Positions 22,971 through 32,449 of a DNA stretch of 64,000 nucleotides are shown in pieces (positions within the stretch are counted from its first letter, which is position 1; the number at the start of each line of letters is the position of its first letter). The position numbers and the translations under genes are program-made. This stretch comes from Eukaryota sp. TZLM1-RC (taxonomy: Eukaryota > Protista > Metamonada: BaSk clade). The DNA lies in the NCBI GenBank assembly GCA_040285825.1, contig JAUPSS010000004.1, forward strand, positions 6,229,784 through 6,293,783, in the 5' to 3' direction. Under the pieces are notes generated by a model. It was not told the origin of the DNA. It was given only the letters and a program-made list of their open reading frames with translations, and did no database searches.

Positions 22971-23710
22971 TGAAACAGTAGAAACAATTTTACAGCAAGA
23001 ACACTATTTTTGAAAGAATAGTTAATTGTATCTTGAGGTTTACTTCTAAAACAATCAATTGGTAAAAGGTTTTTAAATGTATCATGAAGATACCCTTTAG
23101 ATTCATTTAACAGGAACAAACTAAGAGACCTCAAGGACCTATTCGACTTTGATGTAATAAATTTTTTTTGCATAGAAAAATGAGTCACAGATAGTTAAAC
23201 CATTGAAACTAGAGGAAACCTTCTGCCAAAAAAGTGATAAAAATGACTGAGTATCGTCTCTTTCCATTAATTCAGGAAAAGAAATTCCATAGGTTCCAAC
23301 CTGTTGCTTAATATTGGAACATCAAATTTTTTAATATTAAAACCCGTCAAAACATCAGGTTTGTGATCAATTAATAATTGAACAAAAATAATAACAGTTC
23401 TTCCTCCGTATCCAAAAAATTAATATTTCTACAATGATCAGGAAATTACAATGTCCCTTCAGGGTTTTTTGCACATGAAGCAATAAAAGTTTCTTGCATA
23501 TAAAATTCTTCTTTTTCAAATAGCCCAAAAAACTCCAGATATTATGAAAACTTCTTGGGTATTGACCCATTGTAATTGTTCTTCATCGCTCAATTTTTTC
23601 AGGTCGTCAGCCTCTTTTTTCTTCATCTCATTCATCTGTTGATTAATTTTTTAGCTGGAATTTCATTTGTTGATTTCGTTTCAATATCAAAGGCAAGAAC
23701 TGACCTTGGA
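22971..23710 (-). pseudogene. PolB-type DEDDy 3'-5' exonuclease domain fused to Fanzor A
   Basis: ExoI VLAFDIET (23677-23700), EEELLL, ExoII PDVLTGFNIKKFD (23321-23359), ICDSFFYAKKF, ExoIII-like NYSFKNSVLAVKLF; ORF 22802-23188 crosses the junction into Fanzor without a stop. Confidence 0.8.
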
Positions 23711-24229
23711 GATTCAGCAGCTTTCATTTCAGTAATACTGGTTATTTTTATTATGGGTTTTTATTATTATTTTTGCATTTTTGTGTTTTTTTTGTTTTTC
23801 CTATTGGCCTTGCACTTTTTCGGTTGAACCTCAATTTTTCTGGTCATTACATCATTTCGGGGTATAGCTGAGGTATTTGAAATTGCACCATCTGTTGAAT
23901 TTTTTTCAATAGTTTCTCAGCTGACTGTGAAGCCCTTTGAGTAAAATGAAGATTAAGTTTATGTCGTTTTGTCTCACAAATAGATTTGACGGTAAACTTT
24001 TGATAAACTTCTTGAATACTGCATTTTGTTCTTCATTTATTGATACAGAAGTTGAATCAACGCTAGGTGAATGACTACTTTTATGTATAGTTTTGGGATC
24101 TGCTGACTGGACTGAGTAGAAGGTTCTTGTAGAAGGTACCATTTTCGAAGGAGGGGTTGATTTCACTGTTGACTTTCTCTTTTTGAGCCGACTATCGTTG
24201 CTGATTGTGTTATTGAACTGAGTTGGATA

Positions 24230-24860
24230 TTAATTATTATTGCATTATATATATTTCTTCTTAGTTCTGTAGCACTTACACTGACATTGATTTCGGGCCC
24301 TGACACAAACAAGGACAAATATGTCTTCATATCAATAGATGAAAGAAATTCTGAATATAGTGCAACACGTATAAGCCACAATCATTGGGGGTTTGTCGTT
24401 CTCCTACGCCCTTTTTAAAAGATCGAATGTCATGAATTGTCATAATGTTATTTTCTAAGTATTTCAGACAAAACAGACGCTTTAATAATTTGAACAGAAT
24501 AATCCATCTGAGGGTCCAAAAAGATGCATTCTTTCAGCTCTACATTAATAATTGCTGATCTTCAGTGTAATTCATTACAGGCTTGTTGATCTAGTGCATC
24601 ATTCAATGGTATGATAATGAAGCTACTTTCTGAAATATTTTTTCAATCAAATGCCCATAAGAATTGGAAATGATCAGTGATTTCATACTTGCAGGAATTA
24701 TGTAAACAACAGTGGTATCCAATTAAATATAATCATTCGATAGTTGTTCAGTCCAAAAATCCATTACAGCATCAGTAATCCATGTTCCTGGCCTAAGACT
24801 GTCCAAATCAACAGAATAGATGTTTACAGGACGAGGGTTTGATTCACGTCTCCATCTATT
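24230..24860 (-). pseudogene. Decayed Ulp1/SENP (C48) protease domain upstream of the exonuclease-Fanzor
   Basis: DLDSLRPGTWITDAVMDFW, ELH* (HW with W changed to stop), LDP and QTPNDCGLYV motifs. Confidence 0.7.
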
Positions 24861-24899
24861 CTTAAATCAACATAAAAAGGTTGATTGACAGTAAATCAT

Positions 24900-25720
24900 C
24901 GTTAACTATAGTTTTGTTTAATTCAAAATGACCATCAGCAGCATTACCAACAAGAACAGTGTCTAAATCAATAAAATAATTAGTAGAAAAAACTGAAACA
25001 TCAAAATCAACAATATATTTAACAAGGTAATAAGAAATGAATTGTTCATACCAACTAGAGTTTGGGATAAATGACCAATAAGTGAAAAATCACACAAAGT
25101 AACCTCTGCATTATCAACAGTAAATGGGAGACCAGTAAATAAAAAAAAACAAACAAAACTTCATCGAATTTCGTCACCGTAATCAACTGCAAACAGCCAA
25201 AAACTGAATTAGAGAAAATAACGCAGTCGGTTAGGTATTTATAAACAAAGACTCTGATTAAAGAAAATTGCTCTTGATATTCGGTATAGACTTGACACTT
25301 TTCTTTTTGTCTTTTTTTTAATTTTTCTTCTTCTTTTTGTTGGTTATTAGTACCCCTACTAAAAACCATCACCACACACCATATATTAACAACCCTTATC
25401 AAGTCATCAATTGTAATAGTAGAATCAATAGATTCAAAAACTGGTCTTACACAAAGAATAATAATTTCAGACTCTTTCAAATCAATAGTAGAAAAATCAG
25501 TTATCTACAAGGGATCATTGTCAATAGTAACTTTAACATTTAAACTTTCAACTTTAGAGTCTCTCTTTACATCAAAAATTACAGCAACATTAGTAAAGGT
25601 ATAATATGCATTGTTAATACCAACAAGAGTTTGGGACAAATGACCAATAAGTGAGGAATCAGACAAAATAACCTTTGAATTATCAACAGTAAATAAGGGA
25701 ATGGTAAATGAACAAATTAC
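24900..25720 (-). pseudogene. Decayed fragment of a beta-strand-rich (surface-protein-like) gene with a ~570-bp internal repeat
   Basis: About 68 bp are repeated at ~25058 and ~25627 (gagtttggga.aaatgaccaataagtga...ttatcaacagtaaat); composition resembles the middle of the 2828-aa protein. Confidence 0.4.
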
Positions 25721-26436
25721 AGTGGTAATGGGGGTGGTGAAAGTAGTGGTGGTGGAAAGAAGAGCATGAAGAAAAATCAACATGAGAAGCGATCGACAAA
25801 GCATTGGAAAAAATGGGTGACATTCTTCTCAGTGATACGATATTTGTTTGTATTTCTTTTTGGTCGTTCAAAAACTCTTCTGTGTCAAACCTACTGTGCA
25901 GCATTTATTTCCAATGACTATCACAGCATCCCCTTATGAAGCTCTCTGTCCTATTCTATTTGTCATTATCATGAAGTCAACAAGAAGAATACTACACTCA
26001 CGTTTACAAAAGAAGGAGGATACGGAAAAGTGCCCATGCCATCCATGACATTTTCATTATTATATTGTTATTTTGATATTTACTTGTTCATTCAAAACTT
26101 GACAGTAAGTTTGAGGGACCACTGCAAGCATTACTTCAATGTAAATCATCAATAAAGTAGACGTAAAGCTACAATTTACGAAATAATTTTCAACAAGATT
26201 TTCCTTTCAACCAACATTTTTGAATTCAGTATGAGCTTACCACAAAAGACATAAGATCGGTGTTGTGTCTGTTTTTAACTTACGGTAGTTATGTGTTTTG
26301 CGAAAAAAATAACTATTATTGTTGCCAATAATCTCAATAAGTCAAGGTGTTTGTCTTTGAGTTGAATTTAACATTCATCCATTCAAAATATTATTTATAA
26401 TTCCAAAAAATCTATACAAAAAACAACCGAAATATG

Positions 26437-29400
26437 CTAAGAAATTATACACTGATGACTACCACCCCCCGTTGAATCTGGTGAAGAACTTCCCGGTGAA
26501 GATTTGATCAATTCAAAACTATAAAGCCTATACTCCCGACCCTCTACCTGTACCAAAACAACATCATGATCTACAGAGATAACTTCAGCAGGGTTTGCCT
26601 TCAATATCTCAACTAGCTCGTGATCCATGCCAAATAAAGAGAAATTATGGTTTGGTCTAATACGGACCCAGTCCCCAACTCTAAATGAAGGAGGAATCAA
26701 TTGGAGCTCAGAATTGAGAAACCTGACAGGAGAATCCACACCAGCAAAACGACAAACGACAGTCTGAGGGGTGCTTTCATCTGCAGCTTCTACAATACCA
26801 GGTAATGAAGGTACAATGCCTTGCCAGTCGAAATGTGGATTATGTACTTCTGGACGGATCCTAACAAGATCACCAACAGCAAAGGTCCATGGGACAACTT
26901 CAAGTTCAGCACAAAGAGCTGCCCAATTACGATGATTCTCAAAGTCAACCTTACATTTAGCTTCTTCTACCCTTGTCACTATTCCTATAGAAGAATGAGT
27001 AACGTTGCCCCATCTAAAACGAGGATTGCTAATATCTGGTTTGACTCTGACCAAATCTCCAATTCCAAGTTTAGCACTGCTGGTGTGGACTACTGATTCA
27101 GCGGTTTCCGCTTCACTTTCGGATACCTTTTCTAATTCCTCAAGCTTAGCATGCCACCCTTTGTGCTGAGGAAAATCGACACGACACTCACTACTTTCAA
27201 TGTTAACAGAGACAAGCTTGCCTATATCACCAGGTCTAACGTTGCCCCATTGGAACGTAGGTTGAGAAACTGAGCTCTTTACCTTGACATGATCACCAAC
27301 TCTGGGAAGAAGACCTCGTTCACCAGCTGGTATGGCTTCAGAATCAGGAACAATAGGGACAGGACCAGTGGGTTCAGGGGGTGGAGCATCAACTAATTCC
27401 ATTTCTTCGAGAGCTGCCCGCCATCTAGATTGGGTCGGAAAGTCAACAAAAGCAGTGCCATCATCCTCAATGGTTCTAATTGTTCCAACATCACCTCGCT
27501 TAACAGAACCCCATCTGTACCTTGGAGTTTCAATATCATCCTTGACTTTTACACGTTGGCCGACATGGAACCCGACAGCATAGGGTTGTGATGGTTCCAT
27601 CATTGTGGGTTCAGTTCCTTCTTCACGGACAATCAAAAGATCATCCATTAAAACTAGAAAACCTTCAGCAGAAGGAAAGTCGACGACACAATTTTGACCG
27701 CTGACGTCAACAATTGACCCTATTTCTGATCTATTAGGAGGATTTCCAAAGGCCAGCTCTACATCTGGTTTAATGGCAACTTTTGAACCCACTCTGAGAA
27801 TACCATCTCTGCCAGAATCACCTTCAGCAAGCTCGAGATCAGGAGCATAGCCAGCCCAATTACGATGATTTTCAAAATCTATTCTCAAAAAGTTACCATC
27901 AACCCTCTTAACAGTCCCGATATCAGAATGACTGACGTTACCAAACTTGTATTTTGGTTCAGATACAGAGGGCTTGACACGAACCCGATCTCCTACTCTA
28001 AAGGCATGTGGAGCAAGTTCAACTTCAAGATTCGTGGATCTAAAATCTGGGTGATTAGGAAAGTCAATTAGCAAATCTCCGCATTCAAGAACTCGTTTGA
28101 TGACTCCAACTTCGGTACGTCTAGCTCTACCATAGCCATAAGAAGGATTGACACAGTCCAAAGCTAACTGAACTCGAGAACCAAGCTTAAATCGAGGAGG
28201 AATACGTTCAAAAAGGACGGAAGGGGCTTTAAACCTGTTGGGTCCAAGATTGAAGTTGATAAATGCATCATCTCTTTCTAATTCAACAACTCTGCCAATC
28301 AAATCAGTACCAGAAAGATCAGAAAACACAGGAAGATGACGTGACGATTCCTTGATTTTGACCACATTTCCGACCCTCAAAGCTGACTTGGCATGTTCCA
28401 TATCTGGTGCCCAAGCGTGCCAGTTCCGTTGAGAAGGAAAATCTACCCGTAGCTCCATTCCGTCTCTTTTAACCACCACACCAACTTCGTTTTGACTAAT
28501 ATTACCCCACCCATAACGAACTGATTCCAAGCCAGATTTGACTCTAACCAAGTCCCCAATGTTGAAAATAGTGGTGGCACTAGCTACATCACCAGCTGCA
28601 AGAGTGACTTCAATTCCCATATCATCGTCATCAATTGTAACAGAATCATTACCGCTAGCTGCAAACTTAACCAAAACAGTTTCGCCGTTAGGATCTAAGG
28701 ACTTTACTACCCCAGTTTTAGAAGAATCAATACCTTCTGGTAACTCGTGCAAAGGTTTAATAATATCGGTACGAAGACTTACTCTGCTGTTCTCCGACAA
28801 CAAAGGTGGTAGCAATTGAAGGTCATAACTAACCCCGTGCCATCGCTTATGGGAAGGGAAATCAATATAGACAGAATCACCAAAATCTCGACGTTGAACT
28901 TCTATTATTGACCCTACTTCTGAGCGATGTAACCTTCCCCATTTGTACAATGGTTCTTGAACGTCGTCACGGACCTTGACTCTGTCTTGAACTTCCAACC
29001 GACGAGGAACCATCATTAGCTGGCGAGAGTCAAGCTTGTGAATACCATTTTCAGCAAAGTCTACAATTACAGCAAACGCTTCAGGAATTCCAACGACTTC
29101 TGTTGACTCTGAAGGAATATTAGCAACTGAACCAAATCTAGAAGATCGAACGACCCCAATCATTTCACTAGTGAGGTTTCTCCAACCACCAATCAAATCA
29201 GTAACAACAGGTCTAATTCTACATAGGTCAAAGGGGTGTAACTTAGGGGGATGAAGGACAAGGTCTGAGAAGGGTAGTTTGGCTTCATTCTGAGCAGGAA
29301 AGTTACAAATGGCTTGGGGCTCTGGTCTGTGCTCAGGTTCAATTCCAACTACCAAGCCTGAATCTCCCGGCACCACACTTCCTCGAGTGGATCGCACAGT

Positions 29401-29850
29401 GACTCTTACTCGAACACGATCTCCTTTGCAGAAAGCATTGGGTTCATGGTCAAGGACTGGGGGAGCATAACCATGGGACTGGGCTACTTGACATGAATTG
29501 AGGTGACAAAGAAGATCTTTAAGGGGCCCTTGCCATGTACATCCTTCATGAGAAAAATCACATTTAAGAATCAAATTAGAAAGGGTTTCTTGTTGGGAAG
29601 GTTCAAGGTCCTGAATATCTGTTATTGCTAGAGATTTGCGGCATATTGGACAGCATGATTCCTGACGTATCCAGCGCATGATACATAGTCTACAAAAGAA
29701 ATGGGAACAATGCTTTGTTGTGATGGAGTCTTTGGAGACAAACATGCAGACCGGACATGTAAAAGGTTCACAATTGGATAGAAACTGATCGGGAAAGCGA
29801 CGAGAGAGATCTTCCTCAAAGTCTTCGAGTAACTCTAATGTTGAAGTCAT
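26437..29850 (-). CDS. RING E3 ubiquitin ligase with TRAF-type zinc finger and many MIB/HERC2-like (KEG-type SH3) repeats
   Basis: CPVC..CSHFFC..C..CPICR RING; CxWxG..L..HL..C; repeated GDxVRVK..V..P.(Y/F).WG.V....GxV units. Confidence 0.85.
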   Translation of the reverse strand: MTSTLELLEDFEEDLSRRFPDQFLSNCEPFTCPVCMFVSKDSITTKHCSHFFCRLCIMRWIRQESCCPICRKSLAITDIQDLEPSQQETLSNLILKCDFSHEGCTWQGPLKDLLCHLNSCQVAQSHGYAPPVLDHEPNAFCKGDRVRVRVTVRSTRGSVVPGDSGLVVGIEPEHRPEPQAICNFPAQNEAKLPFSDLVLHPPKLHPFDLCRIRPVVTDLIGGWRNLTSEMIGVVRSSRFGSVANIPSESTEVVGIPEAFAVIVDFAENGIHKLDSRQLMMVPRRLEVQDRVKVRDDVQEPLYKWGRLHRSEVGSIIEVQRRDFGDSVYIDFPSHKRWHGVSYDLQLLPPLLSENSRVSLRTDIIKPLHELPEGIDSSKTGVVKSLDPNGETVLVKFAASGNDSVTIDDDDMGIEVTLAAGDVASATTIFNIGDLVRVKSGLESVRYGWGNISQNEVGVVVKRDGMELRVDFPSQRNWHAWAPDMEHAKSALRVGNVVKIKESSRHLPVFSDLSGTDLIGRVVELERDDAFINFNLGPNRFKAPSVLFERIPPRFKLGSRVQLALDCVNPSYGYGRARRTEVGVIKRVLECGDLLIDFPNHPDFRSTNLEVELAPHAFRVGDRVRVKPSVSEPKYKFGNVSHSDIGTVKRVDGNFLRIDFENHRNWAGYAPDLELAEGDSGRDGILRVGSKVAIKPDVELAFGNPPNRSEIGSIVDVSGQNCVVDFPSAEGFLVLMDDLLIVREEGTEPTMMEPSQPYAVGFHVGQRVKVKDDIETPRYRWGSVKRGDVGTIRTIEDDGTAFVDFPTQSRWRAALEEMELVDAPPPEPTGPVPIVPDSEAIPAGERGLLPRVGDHVKVKSSVSQPTFQWGNVRPGDIGKLVSVNIESSECRVDFPQHKGWHAKLEELEKVSESEAETAESVVHTSSAKLGIGDLVRVKPDISNPRFRWGNVTHSSIGIVTRVEEAKCKVDFENHRNWAALCAELEVVPWTFAVGDLVRIRPEVHNPHFDWQGIVPSLPGIVEAADESTPQTVVCRFAGVDSPVRFLNSELQLIPPSFRVGDWVRIRPNHNFSLFGMDHELVEILKANPAEVISVDHDVVLVQVEGREYRLYSFELIKSSPGSSSPDSTGGGSHQCIIS

Positions 29851-30528
29851 AATGTAGGGAGGAATCTGCTATGAGGATCTATTTGATCCTTAGCAGGGGG
29901 TTGGTAAAGGATATCAACCTGTTTGAAAATTGAAATTGGAGTAATTTGAAAATTCTATTATTCATTGATAAAGCCTAAAGCTATTCTCCACATTTTAAGA
30001 AGTTGGATCGTCATTGGCTTGAGATTGTTTAAGATCCTACAAAAACGTAGGGATATAATGGGGCAGCAATTGGCACTCATTGCCAAATGAATGATGGACA
30101 AGCAGTCTGGACATCTCCAGAACATGTAGTAAAGGTCGTGTTAAAGGGAAGAGCTTAAACTGAATGCAGCATTTATAATATCAATATCTGTGATTTGTTC
30201 TATTATTTAGCAATTGCAGAACTGAATTAACTAATTCAAATATACCTAAAAAGAACAAAGGGGTTCATTTCAGGTACAGTTCAAAATCAACCAAGATTTG
30301 AGTCATAAATCGTCAAATTTGAAGAAATATAATACAAAATTCTCAACAATCCGCTGACCACATTGCACAAAGGTTGATTGATCCATCCAAATATAGTAAA
30401 ACCGAAGCTGACAATGAAGCATGGATCTAACCATCAATAAATTTAACTGAAGGTTGAAGAAAAGTCTGAATCTTCTGTTTTCACCTCCCTACATTGGTGT
30501 AAAGGACCCTTATTCCATATCTTTCAAG

Positions 30529-31734
30529 ATGGAGACCAAAAAACAATCAAAACTACCCCTCTTTATTCGCTTTCTACTCGCTGAATTTGTAAGTGTTCCA
30601 AAACACAATGTTATCTTAGCCTTCATCATTGTGATTCTGGGATCTGTTGGCTCAGTTATTGGGTTTCTTTTTCAGTTCAAACCACTCATCTTTACATTCT
30701 TTATCTTGGGGGTCATATTTTTCTCCATATACTTCTTGTTTCCCTCTATGATGAAAAATGACATCGATGACCTTTTGTCATCAAATGGCAAAACCTATTT
30801 TATGCTACATTTGATTGGATCCTTATTTGCTCTTTTCACATTAGGAAATCTGATTTGGTTCGCTTTGTGGATATGTTCATTTACTGTTTGGTCCTTCACC
30901 TTTCATTATGATTTTACTGAACCTGAAGGTTCTGATTCAGAAGGAATGCCATTCATCTGCCTGAATGAACATAAGAACCCAACATGTCATTTCTACTATG
31001 ATGTACCATATGGGCAATTTGATTCTTTTTTCTTCTTTAATCTATTGTTGTTTATTGCTGGTTGGGGCGGTGTACTCATTTTTGCCTTGTGTCTATTTGC
31101 TTCACCTCCAGTTGCTATTGTTGAGTTTGTAACTATTCATTTGAGTAAAACTAGAGCCCAGATGGTTGATTCAGACACCAACACGCTTTTCCTTCGGCTT
31201 TCAGTGTGTTCGTTTTTGATATGCTCTGTACCTTGGTTGTTTGCACATTCCTTTGCTGTATGGGGTAAAGACATTTTGTTTTGGTTTAGGGTTAGTTTAG
31301 GGTTGATTGGGTTGATAGTTAGTTTTTTAGTAGCTCCATCTTTATCATTGTTATTTTCTGAATCGTTGTACACAGAATTACAGTTGAAACTAACGAAAAT
31401 TAATTATATTTATTCTGGGTTTTTGTATTTCGTAATTTGTCTTCCTTATTGTTTAAGTTTTATTGGACTTGGAGCATCCCTACTGTATTTTTTCTTGGTA
31501 CCGGATAGTAAATATTTCTTGTTTATTAAAAGTTCTGATACCGTGAGTGACTCTCTTCCTTCTCTGGGGAATTTATTACTGTCATTTTTAAATATTCTAG
31601 TTATTGTCCTGTTTGTTCTGCTTGTTGGAGTTCTCTGCTGGTCAGTTCGACGTTGTTATCATTCCTGTTCAAACAGATTTCATGCTTATGAAGCTAGAAT
31701 TTCTCAACAAAGTGAGGATGTGGTGTATGTTTAG
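30529..31734 (+). CDS. Hypothetical multi-pass membrane protein
   Basis: Intact ORF with about 9-10 hydrophobic segments; first ATG at 30529. Confidence 0.7.
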   Translation: METKKQSKLPLFIRFLLAEFVSVPKHNVILAFIIVILGSVGSVIGFLFQFKPLIFTFFILGVIFFSIYFLFPSMMKNDIDDLLSSNGKTYFMLHLIGSLFALFTLGNLIWFALWICSFTVWSFTFHYDFTEPEGSDSEGMPFICLNEHKNPTCHFYYDVPYGQFDSFFFFNLLLFIAGWGGVLIFALCLFASPPVAIVEFVTIHLSKTRAQMVDSDTNTLFLRLSVCSFLICSVPWLFAHSFAVWGKDILFWFRVSLGLIGLIVSFLVAPSLSLLFSESLYTELQLKLTKINYIYSGFLYFVICLPYCLSFIGLGASLLYFFLVPDSKYFLFIKSSDTVSDSLPSLGNLLLSFLNILVIVLFVLLVGVLCWSVRRCYHSCSNRFHAYEARISQQSEDVVYV

Positions 31735-32357
31735 CAGGTTTGAGATTAAGTAGAACTTTTTAAAAACTTTTCGTTTTCGAGTTTTTCACAGATTAAATAC
31801 TGAAGAGAGTCTCATTTTTCCAATGGTTTATGCCTACGTGTTTTCCATTTAAACCTGTTCTATACAATTAGTTATGGTATAGGTGATCGGTGTGAATTGA
31901 AATACAGGACCTTCAATTTCGAACAATGAGTATGTCATTATTTAATAAAAGTTGAGAAAATTATTTAAATTTTATTTCACTGTTTAGTTTGACAACTTAC
32001 AGCAATTCAAGATCATAGAAGAGGCACGAAATACCTGCTCGCCACGTCATTTCAATGCGTGCATCATGGGAAACTTGGTGAAACAGAGGTCGGAACACTT
32101 CGTCAAAAATATTGGTGGTGATTGAAACACATATTAATGTTGGAGATAGACATTTTTTTCAATATATTTTTATTTATTCCAATAAAAAACAAACTATAGG
32201 ACAAGGTTAAAATTCTATGTCTTCATAACCCAAATCAGCCAAGAAGTATTGACTGGAGGTTTTTCTTTCACAGGAACAAGTACACTAGCGAGCGAAAAAC
32301 AGAGGGGAGTATGAAGGGTGGGAGGGAAAAAAAGATGGACACTGGTAAGGAAAGAGT

Positions 32358-32449
32358 AGAAAATCTTCCAGTTCCAAAAAACTTAATCCCTCTACATTAC
32401 TATTAAAAGGACACTTATATCATTGTTATAGACAATATCTGTAAGAATG
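32358..32449 (+). repeat. ~90-bp dispersed repeat ending at a host start codon
   Basis: Matches 63343-63427 and partly 4269-4311; ends in the IFT122 ATG. Confidence 0.7.

Noticed and set aside
32000-32150. HHGKLG...LRQKYWW, resembling an LTR integrase Zn-binding fragment
   Set aside because: Too short, with no flanking pol motifs.
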